Positions 1 to 13,600 of a stretch of DNA of 64,000 nt are shown here, one piece after another. Source of the stretch: Tubulanus polymorphus (lineage: Eukaryota; Animalia; Nemertea). The stretch lies in NCBI RefSeq assembly GCF_964204645.1, contig NC_134032.1:14558275-14622274 (forward strand), in the 5' to 3' direction. A model generated the notes under the pieces. It did not search any database, was not told where the DNA came from, and saw nothing but the letters and a program-made list of their open reading frames with translations. The translations under genes and the position numbers were made by a program. Numbering within the stretch: the stretch's first letter is position 1; the number at the start of each line of letters is the position of its first letter.

Positions 1-557
1 TAATCCCTGGTTCTCCAAAGAAAAGCTTTTAAATCTAAATTGTAAATAAGATATATGGAAAAAAAAATAAATAAGGAAGTTTTTTTTTAAATAATATGTA
101 TTGATAATTTTAGTATTCTTAGGATCAGAGGATTTTCGCAACAAATTTTTTCGAATACAAGGAGCAAAGAAAAACTGGATGTCCCTGCCTTAGTCTCACA
201 GTTCAGGATCTATAGTCTCGCTGTTTCCAGACCAACTATCCACAATTCAGGTTTCAATTCCACAGTTCTGAACCGATAAACCAATATCAACAAGTTTTGA
301 ACCCAATTCCAGTTTCCAGACCCAGTTCCACTGTTTCTGTATCGAAAACTCGGCCATTTCAACCATGGACGCGCAGCTGGTTTGAGTGTCTGCTCTATCA
401 TACAAATATTGGAAGCCTAGACCCATGCCTGGCCCTACGGTGTTGGTCGTACCAAACAGGCATGGGACCATGTGGCGCCCATGTACTCACTGTCCCGGAC
501 CCAAAATGATCGCGTGATCGGTGTTGTCGTACAGTATTTAGTCCCAAGTGTTCGTTA

Positions 558-915
558 AGCCTAGCGCACATCGACACTGCGATTGGAGACAACTAGTTGC
601 TACCGAACGATTACCCCGCGCACATCGAAATCTAGTTACAACCGGTCAGTTGCAGCAACTGCATGACGCGTGTCGTTCGTCGAGATCCAGAGCGCGCACA
701 TCGACGGATATGACTGCGATTGAGTACAACCAGTTGCTCAAAAGTAGAACATGGGCAACTGGCTGGAACTGGAGATAGATCGACGCTTACCGATCGTAAG
801 CTCGCTCACATCGACACATTCGAGCAACTGATCGTATCCAGCCAGTTCCTCTCATGCGCCGAAAACTGTCTTGCAACTAGTTGTCTCCAATCGCAGTGTC
901 GATGTGCGCTAGGCT
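558..915. mobile_element. MITE family A (PIF/Harbinger-like), 358 bp
   Basis: ~43-bp TIR AGCCTAGCGCACATCGACACTGCGATTGGAGACAACTAGTTGC with TTA target duplication; further copies in the window. Confidence 0.85.
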
Positions 916-3108
916 TTAGTAGTAGGTCGTCACTGGACATACGTGAGACTGGACGACTGGGCGTGGAAGTACTCGTATCCACAGTATCAAGTGAACCTAT
1001 TTTGCGATCAAAGGTCAGAGGGGCAGACCGCATGACTAATCGGGGTCAATTCACATATTCACCACTTGTTTATAAATAAAACGCATTAATATTTCTATTG
1101 GTATAGACTATATTTATTTGTGTAATTGTCTCAATGAAATATATCTAACAAAACTGAATGCTAAAAACTAATACGGTATAGGAGCCTTTGTTTGCGACCT
1201 GTACGAGTTCTATTCTATATAGACCCCACGAGACCGGTCGATCGCGGTCCTGGAATAAACACACGACACCACCGCGCGAAGAGAAAAAATATTCGTTTAT
1301 TCACTTTCTGTCGCTACTCTATGCGTATATATGACTCGGGAGGCTCGTTACTAGTACAACCGAAATAACAAAAAGCTTTTTCTTTGCGTGTGACGCAGTG
1401 TCGTCGCAGGAAAGATGCGAATTCGCAGGATATAATGGACTCAATCAGTTTCAAATGGCGAAAACATGAAATAACTATGACGGTCACCATGTTTCATTTT
1501 TACGCAATTTGGTTAATTAAAAAGTTGATTCCATGTCGAATTCGGGGTGAAATTCAAATCACACTCGTGGATCTGGGCAAGTCTCGAAAGGCGTCGGACG
1601 TCAAACGTGCGTAAATCTATGAACTCTATCGGTCTGGCCTATAACAGTTATTAAAAAAGCCCGCAGTTATTGGTGGTTTTTACCACCCACTAAAAAGTGT
1701 TAATCGCACCGGTGCTGTTATACTGACACTGTTGGGAGCTGCTTAGAGGCGCATTGATACAATTACTAAACGAAATGTGAATTTCTTCTGGGATTCAATT
1801 TCGCGTATTATGAGAGATACTTGTAACAGTCGACTGGTCGTTCGTGCAGGACTCGAGAAATAGTTGGAACAATGACTGAGAGAGGAATGTTTAACTCTAC
1901 ATATGGAAATTAATGATCACAGACCTACTTATTAGACAAGTTTTTTATTCTAAATTCAAATGAAAGATTGCTGATTGTTGATTCGTTGTGTTTTGTTCGT
2001 TAGCGATGTTTGGCCTGTGAGAAACTGAGGTCCAAACCCGCGACATAGATGCGAATAAATTCTATTCGAATGTATTAATTAACGATTATCGGATCGACCG
2101 CTCTGACAGGGACCGCGCTCTGAACTCTCTTCGATATCGGAAAACGATATTTAAAAAAAAAAGAAACAGTCTGGAATTTTAATTTCGAAACCAATTTGAA
2201 TCTAATTCTCGATAGCCCGATCGAGTTAGATATATAGGCTACACCATGCGTGTGTTAGAATGCAATATAAGTGAATAAGTTGGTATCGGATATTCCATCA
2301 ACTCCGTGTTGGACTGTTCACACAAGGTTTGTATCCGGTTTTTATGAAATGATTATCAATTATTTTGAGATTTGGTTTTACCGATATAACATATAAAGAC
2401 CGCGGTGAATGTATTTCTTTGTGGTTTTGACGTTGAACGATTTCGTTGATATTTTCTGTCGCTAACACAAGCATCATTTTGTTATCGAAGGAAACGAAAT
2501 TCTTTCCTACGTTTCTATTCAGGGCTCCAAGTTTCACGTTTCAGATGAAAAATGATTCCTGGGTACATTTTGAAATACGTGTTATTACCATGGTTACTCA
2601 TTGTTACTATGTTGGTTGTCGACCAGGTTGAGGTTAGGGCTAACTTTGATATCCAGTCTATGAAACCAGGCCCAGGTTAAGAATTTAGGGGCCTACCCCT
2701 GGGGGGTAACTTTGATACCCCAGTCTATGTGACCCTGAAGATGCCTATTTTAGGACCTGAGATTAAACCCCCATTTTTATATTTCTTTTTTCGAAAACCA
2801 AAACCCGGTAAATCGCCTGGCACTATATATATATATTCTCAAAAATGTTTTGAAATATTTTTTTCTCACAAAAAATTCAGCGCCCATGCACAGCACAATC
2901 TCCGTGACCGGGAATATCTAAACATTCATCAATATCCGCGCGGGTTCTATTAGTATCGAATATGTATTATATACATTTGAATGGTATAATTATTTTCTGT
3001 CAAAAACAAGTTTACCCTTAAGCTGTCTGTCCATTCATTCAGTAGTTTGTCCCATTTTCTATTACAGCCGAATGCACCGTATTTCATTCAGTAATGATTT
3101 TTCACCTT

Positions 3109-3315
<207 letters not shown>

Positions 3316-4863
3316 GAGGGAGAGGTGGAAACTATGTTTCTCCTTATGGGAAAAAAATGCAACAGATCAAAACTTAAATCGAATAAGGTTATTATTGGAA
3401 GTTGTATGAATATCTATTTTTTCTAATTCTAAACGTGAATTTTACCACATTCAAATTGCTCTAGTTCGCTTGCCTGCCTATGATCCACCCCCTAAACCAG
3501 TCGTTCACATCGAGAACTGGGTCATTTGCGCGGTTTATGGCTGAGATTCAACATCAGCTTAAGACCATCTTATAGTTCTATAGCTTACAGTTATCAGTAA
3601 ACCCAATCTAACGTGTTGAATGCCACTTAAGAATCGAATGCCACTTAAGAATTGAATGCCACTTAAGGGCTGGAGTCACGTCGTGCAACCCTAACACCTA
3701 CTGTAGCACTCGAAGTGCCGCTAGGAACAACTTGAGGACTTGAGGACCTGGCAACGCCTATTATGGCAAGCAATTATCCACCAGGTGGCGATTGTGTGAA
3801 GTCCGTATTCAATGGGTAATGGGGACCTGGTGCAGCATCTACTGCGGCAAGTAAGGATCCGCTAGGTGCGCTATAGTGAGCCTTCCGATGCGTTAATCTC
3901 TTTAATTCGACGATGTTTTGATATTCGGCAACGTAACGGCTAAATATCTGGATACTCTTCCGAAATTATATTATTATTGCTGCAACCTTAGTGTAATGTT
4001 TGTGATAATACTAAAAGATAAAATAACCAATACCAGATCAGAGCAGTGGTAGATTTAGGGTACCTCACATGCCTCAGACGAGTAACTCAAAATCTGAAAT
4101 GCCCTTTTTGGAGACGCTGAAAAATTCGAAATGAATTTTAATACTTTTCCCAGGCAAAATTACCTGAGCATGCGCCTCGAACAATTGTTTTCTTCAATCG
4201 TACGCATTGAGTAAAAACAAAATGGTTGAAAGTGACTTTACTGTGCATTGGACTTGCTTCCTTTTGGTGAGTCAGTCTCGGTCAGAATTAGACCCCGATA
4301 TAGATTTGTCAGACGGTATTTATTTATTAGGTAATATATAATCGAATTTTAAAAAGTAGGCACTATAGCGCACTTAAAGCGTCAAGCACCGTCACTAATT
4401 CCACCGCCAATACATATCATTACTCTTATTGTGATAATTCCTCAATTCTAGTTTTATTAGTCGAAGCTCAATCATTATGCGTATATGTTTAGTGTCGTAA
4501 TTTGGTCGTATAATAGCCGCGCGGTCGTCAAATTTATGGCGTCGTAATTCGTAAATGCTGCGAGATTTTTGCTCCTGAAAACAAAAAACCGTTTTTATCA
4601 GACACACTTTCTCGACCGGTTTTTACCACACGCTTTCAATATTTACGACGTACATTTATACTAGTATGTTTTTGTCAATAATGAAAAATATACGGTCGTA
4701 GCGAACGTAATCTTGTCTAAAACATTTATTGAACGTGTGTTTTGTATTTCTTTTCAGCGGATCGCAGTTTTCAAAGCGTCGACTTTACGAATGTAATGAT
4801 TAAATGGTAACACGGGGATGAGGATTAGGGGCACACGTCACGTGGTGTCGATGCTCGTATAGT

Positions 4864-7049
4864 ATGAGTATTGATTTCGGGGGCTTTACGTATCCCCACC
4901 ATCGCCGCCGTCGTCGCAGCCGATGCAATTCTACACCCGGCGAAAACGCGCCCCCTATATTCACCGACCAGTTACTGAAAACGATGACCTTCACCTTTCA
5001 TCCGCCGGAAGACGATAGCAAAGAATCTGACGATTCAACGCGCCTCTGTGACGTCATAAAGTCGGCTCCGTTCGGATCGATGAAGCTACAATTCCCACAA
5101 ACCGACGTTTCGACCGGTACTTCCGGTGTTGCGCCTTTGGCGGGCAAAGTGCACAAATCTACGCAAGTCGTTTGCGAACGCCGCCTGGCGACGATTCTCG
5201 AAAACGATCCTCGTAATAGCGATAATGAATTGATGAAATCACACGTGTTTTTACGAGATCACGGCGTCCAGACATCTAAACGACAATTCAATAGAGGGCG
5301 CTGCTATTCGGCGGCTGATGCGGACGATGTCGATGATGACGGTGTAGAGGTAAGCGCGCTTACCGACGACATAGAATCATCGCCTGTTTCAAGGTCATTC
5401 AATGAAGGACCGAATTCTAGCGGATGTCGCAAACAAAGGGTTAATAGTAATGCGATTCAACGTAAACTGGCCACAGTTATTCAACCTGATCATCAACTGT
5501 TGGATATCAACAAATCGTGGGACGCTATCGAGAAAACGTGGGACACGCGTCTCGTGGGCGCTGATCCCTTCGACTCGCCTCCCGCGAGGGCTTCGTCCAC
5601 GCATCACCATAACGGTATCGGTGATCGTCACGAACTAATACCTCCTAGTTTCAGTAAGGGGTACATATCACCGAACTGGTCGCCGATTCTAGCGCGAAAG
5701 AAAATCGCCGTTACGCCAACGTCGCCTGCCAGAGACGGTTCGGCTGGTAGTTCGTCGTCGCAGACGTCCGATAGAGGCAGCGCCGACCGGTCAGAATCAC
5801 CCGTATCGGAATCGTCAGAAGATGAGGTTACAGTGATCGAAGTGATGCCGCCCTCTGGTGGCGATACCGAGGATATGGATAAACTGAAAGAACTAACGAA
5901 TAGGTTGAATTTGGTGACGAGACGCCCGAGTTACGTGCAGTGGAAACAACAGTATATAGACACCCCGTGGGCGTCTCATTGGCGTTCAAGCGCCGATATG
6001 GAAACCCAGAAACGATCGCGTAAATCCCTAGATGAAGGTAGACTCAGGAAACTGGACGAGAATATCGATATGTTAAAACAGGAATTGGTAAGTATTAAAA
6101 TCGATGATTAGATATAAGAATTAATCGGGATTCGAACCCAGGTCTCTTCTTCCAATGGTGGCAAACTCAGGGAACTAAGTGAAATGTATGTTGTAGAATG
6201 AAGTGGTAATTATTGTAATATATAAAATAATGTAAGGGCTGGGGTTCGGTGGCGTACGTTGAAGGTTGACCATCACTAGACCAATCGAGCTTTCATGTCG
6301 GTTATACAGCTTGATATCGTCTCTATACACATCCTCGCTTGCCAGGGTTTAACCTCCCACCGTAGCTCACTGGCCGCACACCCTTCATTGGTTTATTACA
6401 TTGCCCTAGATTTCTTGGACGGACAGGTTTCCGCTCAGCGTCAACTTATCCATTTATTTTACCAACTCGCCATACTCGAGTACCCAACTCGGCTCATTTC
6501 GAGTCGAGTTACCAACGCGTTTTAAGATGGCGCCTATGGCGAGTGCGTTCGTCGTTAGATGAACAAACAAAATGATAGTTAATTCAAGTTACGATAGTGT
6601 CATTAACTTAAGGTGATTCGATTTGTACCACGTGATCATACGCGGCTGTCTAACGCGAGTTAACCGAGTTGCTTAAATAAAAAACGCCTCAAGAAATGTT
6701 GGGCGGTGTAAAAGAAGAGTGAAGATGGTCACTGTATAATATTTCATTCAATGTATATTTCTTGTATCTAATCGCTCTACTTCAGTCGGGTATGCGTGAA
6801 CAGGACCGCGCGATGGCCAAACAGCTAATCGAGATCCGTCGTCGAATCTATCAGTTCAAACTGGAACGCAGCTGCGACGAACATCAGGAGATGTTGGACG
6901 ACGTTCAAGACGAACTTGAAGAACTCGTTGAAACCGATAAAATTTCTGACCTCGTCGAAATTCCGATCGATCGCGTCATGGCGATGCCTTTACGTCAACA
7001 CGGAATTACCCGTATGCACATCAGCCGCAGACGATTCTCCGTGTTTTAG
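4864..7049 (+). CDS. FAM167: FAM167-family protein, ~495 aa; coding exons 4864-6087 and 6786-7049
   Basis: Motifs LVTRRPSYVQW, LKQEL|SGMREQDRAMAKQL..I..FKLERSC.EH.EMLDD and C-terminal PLRQHGITRMHISRRRFSVF match FAM167A/B. Phase-0 intron TTG|gtaagt...ttcag|TCG. An acceptor at ~4757 implies an upstream 5'UTR exon. AATAAA at ~7434. Confidence 0.88.
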
Positions 7050-7805
7050 TGCCTGTGAACCCCACAAACGCTTAACTGTGGTGGCAATTGAGGATTCCAC
7101 TTGTGGCAAGTGAGGATGATCCACTAGGTGTCGCTAGTGCCAGTTGTACATCAACTACTGCGGCGATAGAGGATTCCACTTGTGGCAAGTGAGGTTCCAT
7201 CAGGTGTCGCTAGTTTGCAGTAGGACATTAAAATTACTGCGGCAATAGAGGATTGCACTTGTGGCAAGTGATGATCTGCAAGGTTCGCTAGTGTGCAGTA
7301 ATAGACTAAAGCGGTAATAGGGGATTCTACTTGAGGCAAGTGAGGATCCACCAGGTGTCGCTTGTGTGCATAATCAAATTGAAAATTGTGTTTTAGTGTT
7401 TATCATTTTATTTTGTTTCATTCGTTTTTTCTTAATAAATAAATATTATATACATTTTAACTATATGGTATTTACTCGAGTTAGTTGAGTTACAGTTTCA
7501 TGTTCGTGTTGTTGAGTTACAGGACATCGCTACTGTGGCTAGTGAGAATCCGCTAGGGGCGCTGGTGTGCATACTCGCTGTTACTCTGGGTCCGCTACGG
7601 GTGTAGTATATAACTTGCGCTTACTCGAGTATCCGGTGGGGTATAGGGGTGCTAATGTTAATGGCTCGGTATTGCTGTGGCAATCGAAGATCCACCAGGG
7701 GCGCTTGTGTGTAGTCTACGATAAAAACCTAACCTTACTTTAAAATCTCAACACAGATATCGGAAAAACGAAAAACATCTTTTACACAGTCACAATGAAC
7801 GTATA

Positions 7806-9543
7806 TTATTTTGTTGCGCATACATATAGTTTCGTAAAGCCAATGGCCGGTCCGCCCCATTTTTTGGCAACAGTGTTCCATGTTTTGAGCGCTGTTTGCG
7901 GCTGTCCGGGCATCAACGGCCAAAAACCGTTCAGATTCGCGCTCGTACAATTATTAAACCACCATCCACCGCCGTAATCCGAGGCGCAGTTCGATTCCGG
8001 AGACTGGTCGTTATCTCTGTCATACGTACTGAAATACATATTGTAAATCGACGTATTTTCACCCCCCGCGAACAACGCGTCGCCCCAATTCTTGAATCGT
8101 AAATCGCTCACGTCCAGCGCGGACTGGTTCAAGCTGATTCGATAGTTGTTCGATTCGTCCTCGACGAGTAGGTTATCGTAGAAAATTTTCTTCGAAATCG
8201 AGTGATTCGTTTTAGCATGCAGCTCGACGCATAGCGTGTAGGCGCGACCGTTCGTCACCAGTTTATGAAGTGTTTCTAATCCCAGCCACATGGAGTCGCC
8301 ACTAGTATTAAACCCGTCTTTGTATTCGGCCCAGGATTTGTTAAAGTTATCGGAATCGTTGAACGTTCGCTTGCTCAACATCGTGCAGCCCATACTGCGA
8401 ATGTAGCAGGTACAACGGACGAAAACGAGGCTGTCCGCAGCGCCACCTGGTCGTATGTATTGCCAATAGGAACCGTCAGATCGCACATGCGCATTGCAGT
8501 AATCCTCGCAGCCTAGAAAGAGATCGTTACGCATATATTAGGTTTGGTGGAGGATTCCACTGCGGGGTGCTTCGTTCGATCTTACCTTGGGCGAGTTTTT
8601 CACATCTCTGTCCCGTCCAACCTGGGGAACAGTTAATGCACAGTCGCTTCTTCGCAACGTATCGACCGCCATTCAAACAAAATCCAGGCTTGAAAAAAAT
8701 TACGAGATTTCAATATGGCAATCGGGCAGCTATATCACATTATCAGTTTTTATTGAAAATGGGCGAACGAACGAACGGGCTCTCAGAAACGATTTCTTCT
8801 TAGATTGAATATGAATACGGTAAGCATCTAAAATGGAAATCGAGGTTTGAGAAAAGTTACTAGATTATCAATATGGTAACCAGGCAGCCATAGTACATAG
8901 CCATAAGCATTACGTGAACTTTCACAATATTCTGTCTTAGATAAAGTACACGAATGCAAAAAGTCGTCCAACACTGAAATTCAGGCTTTAGAACTAATCG
9001 ATTTACAATATGGCAATCAGGCAGCTAAATCGCATTTATCCAATGGAACCAACGAGAGTGGAAATTTGTTCAAAGTTGCACGATGAGTTTTCTAAATATA
9101 AAAATGGAATATATGTAGTAAGTAATATGTAGTATATGGACTAAGATTTGAACCTTATCACCCCCCCCCCCTGTCCCGAAACCACCCTCACGCTCCGTTC
9201 ACAAACTCACCGGAGCTTCCTCGTAATATACAAACGCAGGAGCCGTAATTAGTTCACTACAGTTTTGATTATTCATCTGACGATTCCCTAGAATGCAAAC
9301 CGTTTCTCCGTAGCCAAACCCGGTACAAGTCGCCATTCTGCTACACTGACGAGCGCACTGAAATTCCGACGTAGCAGTCCGAGTTATCGTTACTGTCACG
9401 TCCGGTGCGTAGTCCGTACCGCATTTAGAATGTCGCGTGTAATGGTTGACGTATTGGTGCACGTTCTCGTGTCCGGTGCAGACGAAAATTAAACATTTCA
9501 GTAAAATTAGTTTCAGATTTGTTCCGAATATAAATTTCGCCAT
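7806..9543 (-). CDS. Secreted fibrinogen-related protein (signal peptide + PAN/apple + EGF + fibrinogen C-terminal domain), ~380 aa; exons 9543-9211, 8688-8586, 8512-7806
   Basis: FBG motifs FNKSWAEYKDGF, WLGLETLHKL, FSTYDRDND, GGGWWFNNC.SANLNG. EGF-like CLNGG...C.PGWTGQRCE. PAN-like QCARQCSRMATCTGF. GT-AG junctions keep frame (phases 0 and 1). Confidence 0.85.
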
Positions 9544-10459
9544 GCCTGATTCCCTCTCGACGGTTCCCAACTACACTGGGTTTTGCTGACGACGAATCGA
9601 GCGCTCGAGTTGTTTTTTCCCTTGCGATGACGCACTTTTAGGGTTTAATAGTCTACTATCATGGCAAGGAGACCTAAAAATATGAAATAACGAGCACGCA
9701 ACATTGCAATTAGCAGGAAACATTTTAGTAGTAGTAACTACAAGTGCTAAAGTATAAAAGGTTGAATTATACATTGTTGTTGATTGTATTCAAACAGATA
9801 GGAAGGACTTGCATAAAAAACTAGATGAATCGCATAGTATAGTATAATCTAAATAGTCTAATCTAAATGGTCTAATCTAAATCAATAGTGCCACACTCAT
9901 AATAAATCACTCATTTACCCGATGAAGCTACTCAACATTTAGGAAAGCTCTTACTTCAAATAAATATAGTTAACCCAAATATTACTAACTGTCTCTTCGT
10001 ATCTAAGATTAACTAAACTATGACATCTCGTCTGATGCTACTAACAGCATTAATCACATGCAATGATTAGACTAATGGATGATTAGGAACGTAGTTCAAG
10101 GTCGAATTTATTTCGTGGAAAGTATATTAAAGAAAGACAGAGATTAAAGGAGAGAAAAGACGAACAAGTTACCAATAAAATTACACAATTTCTTGCAAAA
10201 AGCACAATTATAAAAAGAAAGAGAGAAAAGTAACTTTCTGTTTGAGCTGAGCAAAGCCTTGCAGCCGCAATCGCACGCGACCCTCAGTTTTAAAAAGGGA
10301 AACGAAAGAACAAAAGTAAAAGAAATTCAGAATCGATGAATTTCGTAAGTTTTATCATGGACTCTAAAACAGTTTAAGGAGTATGAGTAAGCTGCAAAGT
10401 TCAGAAGAAGGGGCAATTATAGCAATTAGGGTTATTACGTTGATAGTTGCTGTCAGATG

Positions 10460-10612
10460 TTGACCGTCAGGTGCTGCCCCTATATATAATACAAGCGGTG
10501 AACACGTGAACTAATTCGACTGCACGATATTCCCACTGCGGCATGCGAGTAATGAATTAGTTCACGTATACACCGTCTACGATATGTAAAGAGGCAGCAC
10601 TTGACGGTTAAG
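10460..10612. repeat. Palindromic dispersed repeat; reverse-oriented copy at ~14930-15082
   Basis: TTGACCGTCAGGTGCTGCCCCTATATAT ... GAGGCAGCACTTGACGGTTAA occurs at both sites. Confidence 0.65.
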
Positions 10613-13600
10613 ATTTCAAACTGGTTGCGCTGTTAACGTGATCATAAACACGCTACATAACACAACCGCATTCATCACACCATTTTTTTGTAAAAAAAAC
10701 AATAAGCGGAACTATTTCTGAATTTATCGCGGTCTGAATTCAGGTTGATCCGCTTAAGAAGTGGGGTCTCAACATCTAAATCAGGGTGGCGTAGGCATGG
10801 TAACAATGTTCAAGAAGTTTCACAAAATGGAGAGGCTTTCCTCTCTATACAAAATTTGTCAATATCTAAATTTATTGCAATTGTTCTCATCACGTAAATC
10901 AATAATCAATAAGCTCTTATCCACACGTCACTCGAGGGTGGAAGTGGAACGCTGTTCGGTGTGTATCAGGATCAGACAAACTTTCTGTCGGAAATTCTCA
11001 TCGATGTCAACATCGGTTTCGTTAATGGATTTGTTTGCCGATCGATAAGTGCTACTTCCGGTTCTGAACAGCCATTTGTACGAGTGTGCCGGCCACGTGA
11101 TCACCAGTTTGAATTAACACGGTTCGCATTGTCTCATTATCAGTCGCAACAACGAATTCGGAAATAATGAATTATAATTCCTCGCTTGCCAGGGGATTGG
11201 TTGTTGAAACGAACAAGATCGCTTCGACAGTAGGGCAAGCGAGAGACCCCTGGGAAGCGAGGATTAACCACAGATTAGAACTCTGAGGCGCGGCCCATTT
11301 CCGTTTGTGAAGGGTTAACTCGAATTGAAATTAGTCTTCAACTCACAACTTTGGAACCTTGGACCACAGTTTTGATCCAGTTAACTCTCCATTAAAATCA
11401 GTTCATTTTCAGTAGCTCTGTACACACGGATGGAGTCTAGACATTCACATGAATAAATAATGAATTTTGCCGCTATACGTTTCGTGTTACATTGAAATCA
11501 AATACATATATTTGAATTATGTAGTATAGATAGATATATATTTTAAAAGTAGACCTACAAGCACTCGACTACACAAAAACAAAGCCCTCGTCCTAGAGAG
11601 AGAGGGGGCATGGGGAGGGGAAGAGGGGAAGAGAGTGGGGGAAGGAGAGATAGAGATAGAGCGGGTGAGAGGAAGGGAAGAGAGTGAGGGAAGGAGAGAG
11701 AGAAGAGGGGAGGATAGTGAGGGAAGGAGAGAGAGAGAGATGGGGAGAGAGAGATGGGGAGAGGAGGGGAAGAAAGAGAGTGAGGGAAGGAGAGGGAGAA
11801 GGGGAGAGGAGGGGAATGTTATTCGTTATAATCGATTCTCTCAACCAAATTTTAATTTCATTCAATGAAAAATTCCCTCTCCCCCCGGCGAACAGAACAA
11901 ATAAAATGCAAAATTCCCGGGTTTCGGGGCGCGAGAAATAAACAATCTACACTGGATACAAATTAACTAAATTACCGATGGAAATTGATGAAGTGAGCGC
12001 CTATAGCGCGCACGCGTGGATGATGGAATTCAAATTGTCAGCGTAGACGTCGCGAATACAAACACGGACGGCGCTGTGCGTTTCGCTCTGTTCCGCTCTG
12101 ACAGGTCGTTTGTGATCGGCTGCGGCTCAAAAACTATAGCGCGTGTTTTTGATGGGTTTATTTTTCAAGATTAAACTCCACTCATATCGCACCGCCGCCG
12201 CCGCTGCTGCTGCTGCTGCTGCTGATGTTGCTGTGTATCTATTGTTTACCACCTTCCGACACGATCCAATGAAAACACATCGATTTGAAATTTTTCAATT
12301 TATCGTTTTAAAGTGGTTTTGAAAATGCACCGTTCGGTAGCCAGAGAGAACGCGTAGTGCAGTGCGTACAGAGCGTGGTGCAATAATAACGAAACTAGCT
12401 GCTTGGTGGCCATTTTTGTTCCACCCGGTTAAATTTCCAAGCCCAAGAAGTCAAAGGAGCACCGAGCTTCAATATCAATAATGTTGCCAGAGGTTGCCAC
12501 GTTGAGTCTGGTCCAACTTTCAAAGTTCCACTGAGCATGTTCAGCTGGCGAGGAATATAACAGGTCGCCTGGTGGCCATTTTGATTCAAGTAAAAACCGT
12601 TTTCTAGAAATCGTTTTGCAAATTCTATTTCAGAATGAGTTACATCTTTATTTTGGGCACCGAATTAAACTTTATGCTCACTTGGTCCTGGGATATTATG
12701 AGAGTGAACTCAAGTTGGCTGCCTGGTGGCCATTTTTATATCGGTGATATCTATTTTTATATCGGAAACCGCGATCATCAACTAAAGACCGCGAGCATCA
12801 TAAAACTAAATCTCCATATTTTATTAAACTCATTTCTCTTGCTGACCCTTTCACTGTAAACCCAACCCTTTTACTGTGAAATAACCCCTTTCTGTAAACT
12901 TACCCCCTTTACTATTAACTTACCCGCTTACTGTTGGCGATTGGTGATGTTCGATTGAAAGACTCGTAAATGGTGGCGCCGGAATCACTGACACCTGACT
13001 CTTAAGTTTCGCGGACGTTGAGATTTATTCCCGATCAAACAAAACAAAATACTTCAAATCGTTCGAATCAAGCGAATATTTCAATTTCCAATCATTCAAC
13101 TGCGCAATAGGACAACTAGAAAATACGTTCGTTCACTATTTGAGTCCGTGTTTTAGCCGTAGAAAATACTAAATTCAGACAGAAAAAAAGAAAAGATTCC
13201 TTTAGTGTTAGTTTTTGTGATTCCTGAAGATTAATGCGATTATAGTGGAGATGTTGAAAATGAATCATTAAAACTAAAGGAAATCATTTCGGATTTTTTT
13301 CCTTTCAGAATGCGCGGCATTTTTGACTACTCACAATCATCTCAATCCTGTTCGTAGCTCCGATGAAGCGAATGGCTTTCTCGCGCGCGCATGGTGTGGA
13401 GGTATAGACGCCGCGTGGTGGTCGACAGAACTGCGCACTCAGCGCCGCTGGTTATACTCCCGAGCGGGCGGCGGCCGCGCGAGAAATGTCTACGTATTAA
13501 TCGGAATCCGATGAATTAATCCGCGAAAGCCAGTTAGAAAATTAGTTTCATACGTCAGAAAATGTACAGAACATTGTGATACATTGTTATAATTTTCTTT

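Noticed and set aside
548-1079. Recurrent ORFs [14 protein letters not shown]..., also at ~34.5, 43.3 and 44.4 kb
   Set aside because: Chance frames within MITE family A; no transposase motifs.
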